64,000 bases of DNA from NCBI GenBank assembly GCA_965221695.1, contig OZ244905.1, positions 1,952,001-2,016,000 on the forward strand, in the 5' to 3' direction. Origin of the DNA: Gammaproteobacteria bacterium. GTDB taxonomy: Bacteria > Pseudomonadota > Gammaproteobacteria > Eutrophobiales > Eutrophobiaceae. Shown in pieces: positions 18,790 through 29,756 of the stretch. The notes under the pieces were generated by a model. That model saw only the letters and a list, made by a program, of their open reading frames with translations, was not told where the DNA came from and did not search any database. How positions within the stretch are numbered: the stretch's first letter is position 1; each line of letters starts with the position of its first letter. The translations under genes were made by a program, and so were the position numbers.

Positions 18790-19698
18790 TCAGGCTGCTT
18801 TCGCTGCGGGAAACACGCCGGCGCGGGTGAGCATGGCCGGCATGGACGCGCCCAGCGGACCTTCCAGCCATTTTGCGGTGTCGATGATCCTGTTGATGTC
18901 GATGCCGGTCTCAAAACCCATACGCTGGATCATGTACAGCAGGTCTTCCGTGGCCACGTTGCCGGTCGCAGCCGGGGCGAACGGGCAACCGCCCACGCCG
19001 CCGCAGCTCGCATCGAAGGACCTGACGCCTTCCTGTATGGCCGCATAGGTGTTTGCCACCGCCGTGTTGCGGGTGTTGTGGAAATGGCAACCCAGGATCA
19101 GATCAGGTTCAAGGCTGCTGATGCGGCTTATCATCGCGGCAACGTCCGAAGGGCCGGCGGCGCCGATGGTGTCCGCCAGGGAAATTTCGTTATAACCCAT
19201 AGCCGCCAATCGCTGGACCAGGCCCACGACCTTCTCCATCGGCATTTCGCCCTCGAAAGGACAACCGAATGCGGCGCTGATTGTGACTGCCTTGCCGATG
19301 CCGGCGGCTTCAACCTCCCGAGTAATCTGCGCGACCAGCTCCATGGTCTGCTCCGTGGTCGCACCCTGGTTGCGCAAACTGAATGTGTCCGAGGCCACCA
19401 CAGCACATTTCACTTCATCGATCTTGCAGGCCAGCGCGCGCTCGAAACCCCGCAGGTTCAGCGCCAGCCCGATATAGGACACATCATCCCGTTGCGGCAG
19501 GCCGCGCGCCACCTCTTCCGCGTCCGCCATCTGCGGGACCCGCTTCGGGTTGACGAAACTGACTACTTCCATGCGCCGGATGCCGGCGTCTACTAGCCGG
19601 TTGATTAACTCCAGTTTGTGCTCGACGCTCAATACCACAGGCTGGCTCTGCAGGCCATCGCGGGGGCTGACGTCAACGATTTCGATAAAATCCGGCAT
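18790..19698 (-). CDS. hmgL: Hydroxymethylglutaryl-CoA lyase
   Basis: DVSPRDGLQ, VSFVNPKRVPQMAD, HFHNT and GGCPFAPAATGNVATED motifs. Confidence 0.92.
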   Translation of the reverse strand: MPDFIEIVDVSPRDGLQSQPVVLSVEHKLELINRLVDAGIRRMEVVSFVNPKRVPQMADAEEVARGLPQRDDVSYIGLALNLRGFERALACKIDEVKCAVVASDTFSLRNQGATTEQTMELVAQITREVEAAGIGKAVTISAAFGCPFEGEMPMEKVVGLVQRLAAMGYNEISLADTIGAAGPSDVAAMISRISSLEPDLILGCHFHNTRNTAVANTYAAIQEGVRSFDASCGGVGGCPFAPAATGNVATEDLLYMIQRMGFETGIDINRIIDTAKWLEGPLGASMPAMLTRAGVFPAAKAA

Positions 19699-19905
19699 GG
19701 CGCTCTCAAATCTCCAAGGACGCTCTGACATAATGCCAGAGGTTCCCAAGGTTTTCCCGGGGCAAGTCCCGGGCAGTCTTGTTCATTATTCGCCGTATAA
19801 TATACCATAGTCCGGCGAGCCGCTTGAGCGGGAGTTGCTCAGCAGACGACAACTAAAACCCCGACGGGGTATTGCTCATTTTCCCGGGGCGTTTACAGAA
19901 ACAGA

Positions 19906-20928
19906 ATGAAGATTTGCGTGATCATGCTCGCCAGGAAGTTCGGCGGGGCGGAAAGGTTCTACGTCGATTTGACCAACGGACTGGCCCGGCGCGGCCATCA
20001 GGTTCTTGCCCTGTCACACAGTCGTTCCAAGGCGGCGTTGCGCCTCGAGCAGCGCGACAACCTGGATCAGGGAGCGGTCGGAGTTCTGGGTCCGTGGGAC
20101 CTGCTGGCGGCGCGGAAAATCCTGAAACGGGTCCGGGATTTCGCGCCGGAGATTATACAGACGTCGCTGGGACGCGCGGCTCACCTGGCGGGCCCGGCGG
20201 CGCGCCGCCTCAACATCCCGCTGGTTGCCCACACCCATGATTTCGTGGACCTGAAGTATTTCCGCAATGCGACCGTTTTTACGCCTACCACCCAGGCACA
20301 ACGGGATTACCTGGTGAATCACGGCGTTGCCGCCGGAAAGGCCTGCTTAATTCCCAATTTTTCCAATTTCTCCGCTGTAACCAAAGTCCACTGCAAACCG
20401 GAAGTGACAAAAATAGTGGCGCACGGCAGGTTCGTGCACAAAAAAGGCTTCGACCTGCTGCTGCGCAGTTTCAGCCGCGTGGCGAGTGATACTATCCACC
20501 TCTATCTTGCGGGGGACGGCGTCGAGCGGCGCCGGCTCATGGGCATTGCCGCGGAACTCAAGCTGGGTGACAGGGTCCGTTTTGTCGGCTGGCAGGAAGA
20601 CATCCGCAACTTCCTGCTGCAAGGTGACCTGTTCGTACTGCCGTCGAGGTATGAACCATTTGGCATAGCCGTGCTGGAGGCAATGGCCTGCGGGCTGCCT
20701 ATCATCGCAACGAAATGCCATGGCCCGGTGGAAATCCTGGATAATAACAGCGCTTGGCTTTGCAATGCCGATGAAGATGCGTTGACTGATGCACTGAACA
20801 CCGCGCTGAATGATCCGGATGGCCGCCAGCGGCGCGCGCAAAAGGCATGGACATTATTTCGGGAGCGCTATGCCGCCGAGAAAGTGATCCCGCGTTTTGA
20901 AAACCTGTATGAAAGTATCCGCAGATAA
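19906..20928 (+). CDS. Glycosyltransferase family 4 (GT-B)
   Basis: GGAER, GRF..KKGFDLL and PSRYEPFGIAVLEAMACG motifs. Confidence 0.9.
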   Translation: MKICVIMLARKFGGAERFYVDLTNGLARRGHQVLALSHSRSKAALRLEQRDNLDQGAVGVLGPWDLLAARKILKRVRDFAPEIIQTSLGRAAHLAGPAARRLNIPLVAHTHDFVDLKYFRNATVFTPTTQAQRDYLVNHGVAAGKACLIPNFSNFSAVTKVHCKPEVTKIVAHGRFVHKKGFDLLLRSFSRVASDTIHLYLAGDGVERRRLMGIAAELKLGDRVRFVGWQEDIRNFLLQGDLFVLPSRYEPFGIAVLEAMACGLPIIATKCHGPVEILDNNSAWLCNADEDALTDALNTALNDPDGRQRRAQKAWTLFRERYAAEKVIPRFENLYESIRR

Positions 20929-20960
20929 CGCGGTTCGTTCAGGGATAGGTCGCCTTATCA

Positions 20961-22220
20961 TTAATCTACGCTGACCCGTGGATTATTCTGCGCGGCGAGC
21001 ACACACGCTATCAGCAACCACAAAAAACCGCTCCAGTAGGAACCGTAAAACGCGAGGTGCGTATTTAACGGGAAGCTCGCGGTCAGCAGCGCCGCGGCCC
21101 AAGCGACTTGGGTGGTGGAGCGTCTTCCTCGCCACCAGTATCGCAGTATCACCAGATAAAACAGGATAAACCCGGCCAGTCCTATCACACCGGTCTCGAC
21201 CGCGATCTCCAGGATCACCAGGTGCGGATGGGTCTGCCCATCGTGCCCCTCGCGCATAAAATAGTTGCCTTCATCTGCATAGACATCGTAAGCGTAACGG
21301 AAACCTCTTGGGCCGACCCCGTTCAGCCAATTGTCCTGAAACATGTGCCCGGCAGTATCCCAGATCTCCGTGCGCAAGGAGGTTGCGCGTTCGGCCTGGT
21401 ATTCGCTGTCGAGTATGCCGGTCAGCAATACGATGCGGCGGTTGATGTCCGGACTCTTGAAATACACGGTGACCGTCAGCGCCGCGGCAACGCACAACGC
21501 GCCCGCGATGATATATCTTGCCTTGGATGACAGGGAGATCAAAACCAGGGGCAGGTAGGCGGACAAACTGATGATCAGCATCAGCCATGCGCTCCGCCTG
21601 CCGCTCAGCAGTACCACCACGGTGAACGGGATCAGCAACAACCATGGGTATGGGCTGTCCCGGTTGATCTGCCTGACGGTTTCCAGGGCAATGGGAACCA
21701 GCGCCGCCAGGATAATGCCCAGGCGCAGCTTCGGGTAGAACATGCCGCTCAGCATGCCGTCCTGGTACGGGTATCCGAACAGGTTTGTCCCGGTTGCGTA
21801 TTGCAACAGCGCATCCACGCACCAGAAAACAACCACCAACAGCAGCGCGATGGCGACGCGGGAGAGATTGCCGGGGCGCGCCAGTTCCAGCGTGATAAAG
21901 ATCCCGCAAAACAGGTACAACGGGTATAACGCGGCGATTTTTGCCGATCGTTCCAGGTTCACCGCATCGGCCAGTGAGACAAGTTGGGGCAGCCACAGGC
22001 ACAAGAACAAAACCAGCAATATCCGTAATGTCCTGTCCCGGTAGATGGCCTGCGGTTCCCGCCCGATACGGTAAACCCCCAGCGCCGCCATTATGCCCAG
22101 CGGGGCAAGCGACAAGGTATCGGTGGATAACAGCAACAATGCGGCCGCAACCAGTATCCACGCGTGGTTGTCGGCGACAAACCGGCCGGCGGAGTTGATG
22201 CTGGTAGTTGGATATGCCAT
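20961..22220 (-). CDS. O-antigen ligase (WaaL-like) membrane protein
   Basis: Multiple TM segments; SGRRSAW, R..IW, G.GPRGFR, HPH...LEI..ETG..G. Confidence 0.85.
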   Translation of the reverse strand: MAYPTTSINSAGRFVADNHAWILVAAALLLLSTDTLSLAPLGIMAALGVYRIGREPQAIYRDRTLRILLVLFLCLWLPQLVSLADAVNLERSAKIAALYPLYLFCGIFITLELARPGNLSRVAIALLLVVVFWCVDALLQYATGTNLFGYPYQDGMLSGMFYPKLRLGIILAALVPIALETVRQINRDSPYPWLLLIPFTVVVLLSGRRSAWLMLIISLSAYLPLVLISLSSKARYIIAGALCVAAALTVTVYFKSPDINRRIVLLTGILDSEYQAERATSLRTEIWDTAGHMFQDNWLNGVGPRGFRYAYDVYADEGNYFMREGHDGQTHPHLVILEIAVETGVIGLAGFILFYLVILRYWWRGRRSTTQVAWAAALLTASFPLNTHLAFYGSYWSGFLWLLIACVLAAQNNPRVSVD

Positions 22221-22269
22221 CTGCTTTATCCCGAATGGTATCTCTCAGCGGGCCAGGTGATCTCTGCGG

Positions 22270-23424
<1,155 letters not shown>

Positions 23425-24465
23425 TCAATCTGTCCCCTGCCGCTGACGGGTTATGAACATCGCGTCACCATAACTGAAAAATCGATACTCAGCCTCTATA
23501 GCATGTTGGTATGCCTGCATAATATTGTCACGGCCCGCAAACGCACACACCAGGAGCAGCAGCGTTGAGCCGGGCAGGTGGAAGTTGGTGATCATCGCAT
23601 CCACGGTGCGAAATTCAAAGCCGGGATAGATAAAAATATCCGTCTCCCCCTGGAATGGCTGCAAGCGGCCGTCCACCGTGGCTGACTCCAGGCACCGGAC
23701 CGCCGTCGTGCCGACAGCGATGACTCGGCGGCCTTCCTGTTTTGCCGCGTTGACCTGGCTACACACTGCCTTGCTTACCTCGAACCACTCGCTGTGCATC
23801 CGGTGTTTCTCGATAACTTCTTCACGAATAGGTTGGAAGGTCCCGGCGCCGACATGCAGCGTAACATGCACACACTGCACACCACTGTTCGCCAGTTCCC
23901 CGATCAGTTCCCGGGTAAAATGCAGTCCGGCCGTCGGCGCCGCCACTGCGCCGGGCTTGCTGGCGTACACGGTCTGGTAACGTTCCTTGTCCAGCGCCTC
24001 GTCGGCGCGCCGGATATAAGGCGGCAATGGAGTGTGACCCTGCTGTTCCAACACCTGCGCCAGGGACTGGTCGCCCGTCAAGGTCAATTCAAACAAGTCA
24101 TCACTGCGGCCGCAGACTTGCAATTCTGTGTCACCATCCAAGATGAGGCGGCTGCCTTTTTTCGGCGTTTTGCTCGCCTGTACGTGAGCCAAACACCTGC
24201 CCCTGTCCAGCATGCGTTCCACCAGGATTTCAACTCGGCCTCCGGTCTCCTTGCGCCCGAACAACCGGGCCGGCACCACCCGGGTATCATTAAATACCAA
24301 TAAATCTCCGGGGTTCACCAGGGAGATCAGGTCGCTGAACTGCCGGTCGGCATATCCACCGGTGACGCCATCGAGCAGCAACAATCGCCCGGAATCCCGC
24401 TTGGTCGCCGGATACTGGGCAATCAGTTCTTCAGGCAGGTCAAAGTCAAAATCCTGGCGTCGCAT
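23425..24465 (-). CDS. queA: S-adenosylmethionine:tRNA ribosyltransferase-isomerase
   Basis: [43 protein letters not shown]. Confidence 0.98.
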   Translation of the reverse strand: MRRQDFDFDLPEELIAQYPATKRDSGRLLLLDGVTGGYADRQFSDLISLVNPGDLLVFNDTRVVPARLFGRKETGGRVEILVERMLDRGRCLAHVQASKTPKKGSRLILDGDTELQVCGRSDDLFELTLTGDQSLAQVLEQQGHTPLPPYIRRADEALDKERYQTVYASKPGAVAAPTAGLHFTRELIGELANSGVQCVHVTLHVGAGTFQPIREEVIEKHRMHSEWFEVSKAVCSQVNAAKQEGRRVIAVGTTAVRCLESATVDGRLQPFQGETDIFIYPGFEFRTVDAMITNFHLPGSTLLLLVCAFAGRDNIMQAYQHAIEAEYRFFSYGDAMFITRQRQGTD

Positions 24466-24531
24466 GGCAGGGGAGTCTAACGTAGAATTACGGTTTCTGT
24501 TATACTCAGCGCCCCATTCGTTGATAACCCA

Positions 24532-24618
24532 GCCGGGGTGGCGGAACTGGTAGACGCGCCGGATTCAAAATCCGGTTCTGGCAACAGAGTGAGAGTTCGA
24601 GTCTCTCTCCCGGCACCA
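24532..24618 (+). tRNA. tRNA-Leu (CAA)
   Basis: Acceptor GCCGGGG / CCCGGC-ACCA; anticodon stem CCGGA-TTCAAAA-TCCGG; long variable arm; GTTCGA T-loop. Confidence 0.97.
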
Positions 24619-24654
24619 TTCAGCGCTTCAGAATGATGTACTGAAATATCCGTG

Positions 24655-24828
24655 TTAGCGGCGACGTTGGCGGTTGATATTGTCCTGGCGATGTGCAAGC
24701 CAAGCCATGAATAGGCCCGCGGCGAAGACCAGTCCACCAGCAACCAACAGTGTGGTGTTCATTTGTTTAATTTTGCTAACTGACCGGTGCGGGATAGAGC
24801 ACGCATCATAAACAACTGTGAGGCCCAT
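24655..24828 (-). CDS. Small ORF (57 aa): PIN-toxin-like first ~10 codons fused to a hydrophobic segment with a basic tail
   Basis: ATG overlaps the upstream stop (TGATG); MGLTVVYDAC followed by out-of-frame LYPAP; later LLVAGGLVFAAGLFMAWLA-HRQDNINRQRRR. Confidence 0.4.
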   Translation of the reverse strand: MGLTVVYDACSIPHRSVSKIKQMNTTLLVAGGLVFAAGLFMAWLAHRQDNINRQRRR

Positions 24829-25280
24829 CAATAGCCGAGATTGTTTTCCTGGGCGATCTTCACCAGTTCATCCATGGCGTCTGAGCTTTGCTGCCTGATT
24901 TCGTTCTTGTACGCCACCACATCCCTGAAACGAAGGCACCGGTGGGTTCCCACTTTCGTATAGCGTAATTCGCCTTTCTCCAGCAGCGTAATCAGGTAGG
25001 GCCTGGACACATTCAGGTAATCGGCCGCCTGTTGTGTCGTCATTTCCGCATGAAGGGGGGCAATGGCAAACGCAGCGCCCTGCGACATGCCAGCCAGCAG
25101 GTCCCTGAGTAGGACAAGCGCTCCGCGCGGCAGGACCACTTCTTGTCCGTCCAGTTTAATACTGGTTTTATCCATATCCGGCAATTTGTTCAATAAGCGC
25201 TCCAGCTCGGACGCGCCAGCACGGGCGAGCCGTACCGTTTCCTGGTCCGGCAGTTGCTCATGCACTCGTTCAATCGTCAA
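24828..25280 (-). CDS. Excisionase-family HTH DNA-binding protein (antitoxin-like partner of PIN proteins)
   Basis: TTQQAADYLNVSRPYLI.LLE.G.L...KVGTHR motif. Confidence 0.88.
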   Translation of the reverse strand: MTIERVHEQLPDQETVRLARAGASELERLLNKLPDMDKTSIKLDGQEVVLPRGALVLLRDLLAGMSQGAAFAIAPLHAEMTTQQAADYLNVSRPYLITLLEKGELRYTKVGTHRCLRFRDVVAYKNEIRQQSSDAMDELVKIAQENNLGY

Positions 25281-25461
25281 TGTAGTTCTCCAGCGCGGCT
25301 AGTTCAGATGTGAAATTCCGCAGATTAATCTGGCGATTCAGTACTATTAATAGAGTCAATAATCGAAATAAACGCAACAAGGAAACGCTCACCCCGAAAT
25401 TGACAAACCCTTCAAACGTATTACTGTATCAAGTAAGCTTTTTACAACCCAGGAACGACAG

Positions 25462-25578
25462 ATGCGTATTACCAGTAAAGGCCAGGTGACAATACCCCTT
25501 GCCATCAGAGAACAGGCCGGCTTTCTTCCGGAAACGGAAGTGGAGTTTATTATGTCCGGTTCCGTCGGCAGAAAATGA
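25462..25578 (+). pseudogene. Truncated AbrB/MazE/SpoVT antitoxin (38 aa)
   Basis: MRITSKGQVTIPLAIREQAGFLPETEVEF then an early stop; AGGA RBS. Confidence 0.75.
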
Positions 25579-25591
25579 CCCGCGTCTTCGA

Positions 25592-27718
25592 TTAAACCCT
25601 GCTTACCTCGCACATCAGTCCTTTCAGGTTGGTTGATCCGGATTCGGGGCCGACGTTGAGGTCGTCGGTGAGGAAATTGATGTTGCATTCCCTGAAGCCG
25701 TAGTCCGGCGCTTTGCGTTCCGGGTACCACCAGGCGAATTCGGCCGCGACTACGCGCGGGTCGACGCCATCAGTGACTTTTGCCTTGTGTTTCACCTTGC
25801 CGCGCGGGCTTTCGATATAAACCCAGTCGCCGTGCTGGATGTTTCTTGCCGCGGCGGTATCCGGGTGGATGGACAACAGCGGGTCCGGGTGTGTTTTGCG
25901 CAATAGCGGGCTTTGCCGGTGTTCGGAGCCGAAATATTCCTGTACGCGTGTGCCTGTCGTCAGTATCAACGGGTATTTTTCCACAAATTCCGCTTCCCTG
26001 ACCGGACTCTCCGGGGGCTCCTGGTGCGCCGGCAGCGGGTCGTAGCCCCAGTCCGCATTCTGCTGTATGTAGAAATCAAGCTTACCGGATTCGGACTTGA
26101 AGCCCTCGGTCTCGTATTTTCGGTACCGGGGCTCGTTGCGCAGGTATTCCATGTTCTTGAATTCTTCCCAGGTGACGCCGGCAGGCTCAAGAATATAATC
26201 CAGGGAATCTTCATAGTTCTCCCAGAACGAATCCTCAAACCCCAGTTTCTTGCCCAGTTCGTTGAGAATCTCGACATCGGCCATAGCCTCGCCCGGCGCA
26301 TCCACGATCTTGGGCCTGGGGAAGATATAGCCATGGGATTTCCAGTAGTCCGCAATATTATCGAACTCGATCCAGGTCTTTGCGGGCAGTACGATGTCCG
26401 CAAGCTCCGTTGTCGGGGTGGGAAAGATATCCGCCACCACCAGGAATTCGACCTTCTTCAGGGACTCATAAACCCGCGAGGTATTCGCCCTGACCACCAG
26501 CGGGTTGCTGCCCATGATGATCATTGCTCTGACCGGGTAGGGTTCGCCGGTCTCAATGGCGTCCCAGATAACATGGGGCGTGATGCGGTTGATCGACGCG
26601 GCAAGGCGATAACGCGTGCCGCCGAGCATTTTGTCGACATTATCGAGGAACTGGTTGCCGCAGAATTCCATGCGCGGCAGCCCGGGCGGGGGGCCGAACA
26701 TGACATTGCCGCCTGGGGCATCCAGGTTGCCGGTCATTGCGGACATGTAGATGAGCACACGATCCGAATTGGCGCAGTTAACACCGTGTTCGATGCCGAC
26801 GCCCCACTGGATGGCGGCGGGTTTGGTCTCTGCAAACATCCGCGCCGCGTCGATGATCTTCTCCTTCGGCACCCAGGAAATCTCTTCGCCAACCTCGGGC
26901 GGGTACTCTTCCAGGCGTTCGCAGAATTTGTCGAACCCGGTCGTGTAGTTCTCGACGAAATGGTGGTCGTACAGATCTTCCTTGACCATTACATGCATCA
27001 TGGCCATGGCCAGCGCAACATCCGTGCCGGGGCGAAGTTGCAACCAGATATCGGCTTTTTCCGCCAGTTGGGTACGCTGCGGGTCAACCACGATATACTT
27101 CGGTTTGCGCTTGAGGCTCAAACCCAGGTTGACGCCGATGTATTCATCGGGATTGGATTTTATCGTGTTGCTGCCCCAGGACATCACGCACTGCGGATTG
27201 CTGTCATAGTCCACGATCGGCACCGACATGCCCAGTTGCTTGGAGACCGCCAACCGGGGCAGGTAACAGACATGGCCGTTCGCCAGCACATTGGGGGAGC
27301 CGAACATGTTTGCAACCCGGTAGACAAAACGATGATGGCTGCGGCCGGTGCCGTGCCCGAAGATGACGGACTCAGGCCCATTCTCCGCCTTGATCGTGTT
27401 GAATTTGTCGGCGATGGTAGTCAGGGCTTCGTCCCAACTGATGCGTTCCCACTTGCCCTCGCCGCGCTCACCGACCCGTTTCATCGGATACAACAGGCGA
27501 TCCCTGTGGTATTGCAAATCGGCGATGAACCCTCTTGCTTTTCTGCATAGGTACCCTTTGCTGATGGGGTGATCCTTGTCGCCCCTGATATTCACGGCTT
27601 TGCCGTTTTCAAGCGTGATGAAGACACCGCAGCCGGCATGGCCGCAGGCGCGGCAATTGGTGTGGACAACTTTTGTCTCGGTTTCAGACTTAACTTCTGG
27701 GGTTACTTGCATGTCCAT
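25592..27718 (-). CDS. Molybdopterin (bis-MGD) oxidoreductase, acetylene-hydratase-like, cytoplasmic
   Basis: N-terminal CxxC..C...C Fe-S motif; RLLYPMKRVGERGEGKWERISWDEAL; Cys at the metal-ligand position (GHVC); TPTTELADIVLP; no Tat signal; GAGG RBS before 27718. Confidence 0.88.
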   Translation of the reverse strand: MDMQVTPEVKSETETKVVHTNCRACGHAGCGVFITLENGKAVNIRGDKDHPISKGYLCRKARGFIADLQYHRDRLLYPMKRVGERGEGKWERISWDEALTTIADKFNTIKAENGPESVIFGHGTGRSHHRFVYRVANMFGSPNVLANGHVCYLPRLAVSKQLGMSVPIVDYDSNPQCVMSWGSNTIKSNPDEYIGVNLGLSLKRKPKYIVVDPQRTQLAEKADIWLQLRPGTDVALAMAMMHVMVKEDLYDHHFVENYTTGFDKFCERLEEYPPEVGEEISWVPKEKIIDAARMFAETKPAAIQWGVGIEHGVNCANSDRVLIYMSAMTGNLDAPGGNVMFGPPPGLPRMEFCGNQFLDNVDKMLGGTRYRLAASINRITPHVIWDAIETGEPYPVRAMIIMGSNPLVVRANTSRVYESLKKVEFLVVADIFPTPTTELADIVLPAKTWIEFDNIADYWKSHGYIFPRPKIVDAPGEAMADVEILNELGKKLGFEDSFWENYEDSLDYILEPAGVTWEEFKNMEYLRNEPRYRKYETEGFKSESGKLDFYIQQNADWGYDPLPAHQEPPESPVREAEFVEKYPLILTTGTRVQEYFGSEHRQSPLLRKTHPDPLLSIHPDTAAARNIQHGDWVYIESPRGKVKHKAKVTDGVDPRVVAAEFAWWYPERKAPDYGFRECNINFLTDDLNVGPESGSTNLKGLMCEVSRV

Positions 27719-27828
27719 AACAGCCTCGATAATGTTCTGTTCTGTCAGGTTTTTCCGGCGCTTGTCTTTTCCGCAATTGCGGGATTCCTTACTAATAATA
27801 CTCCAAATAATGAATAATTGCTTACTGG

Positions 27829-27911
27829 ATTCCCGCTTTCGCGGGAATGGGATGGGGGGCGCTCTCGCGGGTATGGGGGGCGCTTGTGCGGGGATGGGGG
27901 GCACTTGCTCG
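27829..27911 (+). repeat. ATTCCC-N8-GGGAAT palindrome followed by three 21-bp G-rich tandem repeats
   Basis: ATTCCCGCTTTCGCGGGAAT at 27829-27848; units GG(G/T)ATGGGGGGC(G/A)CT... at 27849, 27870 and 27891. Confidence 0.85.
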
Positions 27912-27935
27912 GGAGTATTAGAGAAGCAACCCGTT

Positions 27936-28646
27936 CTACTTGATGGCCAGGAAGCCTTCAAAACTGACGTATTTCATTACCGTCATCACGTCGGTGAAGC
28001 CGGCACGGTTCAACAGGCCCAGGTTGCCGGCGGTGGAGAAGGGTTTCAACACACCCTTCAGGCTGAGTTCCTTGTTCAGGATCTCATCGGAACTGAAGCC
28101 GTTGCGCTGTTTGAACTCCCGGTACAAGCAGGACATCATGTCCTGGAAGCGCGCATCGGGCGCGCCGACTTTTTCGAACAGGATGAAGGCGCCACCCCAG
28201 TTCAGGGCCTGGTGGATCCTGTCGAACATCGCCTGACGATGCCGTTCCTCCAGGAATTGGATCGTGTAATAGGCGATGATCATGTCGGCTCCCTCAAGTT
28301 CGCCGGTCAGGATATCCTGGTGTTGCAGTTCCACGTTCTCAACACCGGCGCAGGTCTCGCGGGCGCGCTCGATCATCGCCTGCTCCCGGTCCAGACCAAT
28401 CCAGCGCACGCCCGGTTTATGCTTGTTGTGCGCAGCCAGTCGCTGCAGCAGCTCACCGGTTGAACACCCCAGGTCATACACGGTACTGTCCGGCGCCACG
28501 AAAAAATCACTCAGGTAGCAGATGAGTTCGTGCCCGTCCCGGTAGCAGGGAATGGCGCGCTCAGCGTGATCGGAAAACGCTTCCGCAACGCCGTCGCCGA
28601 AGGACCAGGCTGATCGTTCTGCAGTGATGCCGGCGTCGATCTTCAT
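27936..28646 (-). CDS. CmoA-like SAM-dependent methyltransferase
   Basis: W.F...VAEAF..H..RAIP.Y, YDLGCSTG, YTIQF, FILFEK. Confidence 0.8.
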   Translation of the reverse strand: MKIDAGITAERSAWSFGDGVAEAFSDHAERAIPCYRDGHELICYLSDFFVAPDSTVYDLGCSTGELLQRLAAHNKHKPGVRWIGLDREQAMIERARETCAGVENVELQHQDILTGELEGADMIIAYYTIQFLEERHRQAMFDRIHQALNWGGAFILFEKVGAPDARFQDMMSCLYREFKQRNGFSSDEILNKELSLKGVLKPFSTAGNLGLLNRAGFTDVMTVMKYVSFEGFLAIK

Positions 28647-29413
28647 TTGGGGCTGTGGTTAAACACCACGCCCTTGAGGCGTATGATCGCGTCCGCCAGA
28701 TCATCAGCGGCGGCGTTCATCCTGGCCGCGTCCGTACTGCGCAGCACCAGGTTCAATCCCAGTTTTCCTTTTCTGAAGTAGGGATAGCTCCCCATGCCGA
28801 CATCGGGGTATTTTTCCTGCAACGCGCCCAGGTCGTCGGCCACCTCGCTTTCGGGAAGATTGGTGGTGACGTTGGCCGTGAGTATCGGGTCGCCCCCCAC
28901 AAGCCTGTCGGTCAGACCGTCGAACATGGCTTCCATAATGGACGGCACACCAGGCAAAACAAACACATTCTCGAGCTGGAAACCGGGCGCGCCGCTTACC
29001 GGGTTATCAATCAAGCGGGCGCCTGCCGGTATATCCGCCATTTTGAGCCTGGCATCGGTCAGGCGTCCCGGCTCGTAATACCGGTCCAGCGCGTTCACGG
29101 CCTCCTCGTTACGCAACAGATCAACAGCGAATGCGTTGGCAAGAGCGGACGCGGTGATATCGTCATGGGTGGGCCCGATGCCGCCGGTCGTGAACACATA
29201 GGTAAACATCTCGCGACAGGTGTTGACGGTTTCGACGATATCCGCTTCCACATCCGCAATAATCCGCGCCTCGGTCAAGCGGATACCCAGGGCATCGCAT
29301 TTTTTGCCGATTATCTCCAGGTTCGCATCTCGGGTCCGGCCGGACAGGATTTCATTGCCGATAATGATCAGGCAGGCGGTAATCCGATCTGGTTTTTCCA
29401 CCACTGAAGTCAT
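28643..29413 (-). CDS. CinA-like molybdopterin-binding domain protein
   Basis: IIIGNEILSGRT.D.N, TTGGIGPTHDDIT, LPGVP. Confidence 0.9.
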   Translation of the reverse strand: MTSVVEKPDRITACLIIIGNEILSGRTRDANLEIIGKKCDALGIRLTEARIIADVEADIVETVNTCREMFTYVFTTGGIGPTHDDITASALANAFAVDLLRNEEAVNALDRYYEPGRLTDARLKMADIPAGARLIDNPVSGAPGFQLENVFVLPGVPSIMEAMFDGLTDRLVGGDPILTANVTTNLPESEVADDLGALQEKYPDVGMGSYPYFRKGKLGLNLVLRSTDAARMNAAADDLADAIIRLKGVVFNHSPK

Positions 29414-29515
29414 CGGACCAGCTTATCAGATAATTACCGCAGACGAGAAAAAATAGAGCGCCTTAACCGGCTACGCCGGCATTCCCGCTTGTGTGCTAGT
29501 ACTCTTTCAACTTAA

Positions 29516-29668
29516 GGAACCTCTGATTAAGTCTCAGAGGTTCCTACGATACAAGGATGTATCGTCAATATCAATGACTGTAAGGCATTGATATTGTGAG
29601 GAAAACAAAAATCGCATTTTTGTTTTCCGTACTCTGACAAGTCCAGGATGGACTTGTTCAGAGTTTCC
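29516..29668. mobile_element. 153-bp MITE with IS5-group-like ends
   Basis: Ends GGAACCTCTGATTAAGTC and GACTTGTTCAGAGTTTCC; TTAA flanks at 29512-29515 and 29669-29672. Confidence 0.8.
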
Positions 29669-29756
29669 TTAATTTTGACATATTCAGCGGGTCGGGAAGC
29701 GGTTGAGCGCAATGCGCGGCGCGCAGCGGTTGAAAGAGTACTGTCCGGTTATACCT

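Noticed and set aside
25913-27550. Long antisense ORFs (545 aa here; also 18643-19596, 7425-8426, 44667-45572 and others)
   Set aside because: Shadow frames opposite well-supported genes in GC-rich DNA, with no recognisable motifs.
27719-27961. 81-aa N-terminal extension of the molybdoenzyme ORF
   Set aside because: Read-through of the palindrome and G-rich repeats; a good RBS precedes ATG 27718.
24532-29460. Prophage or integrative element at tRNA-Leu
   Set aside because: No integrase, phage genes or duplicated tRNA 3' end found; the excisionase-like HTH belongs to the TA-associated type.
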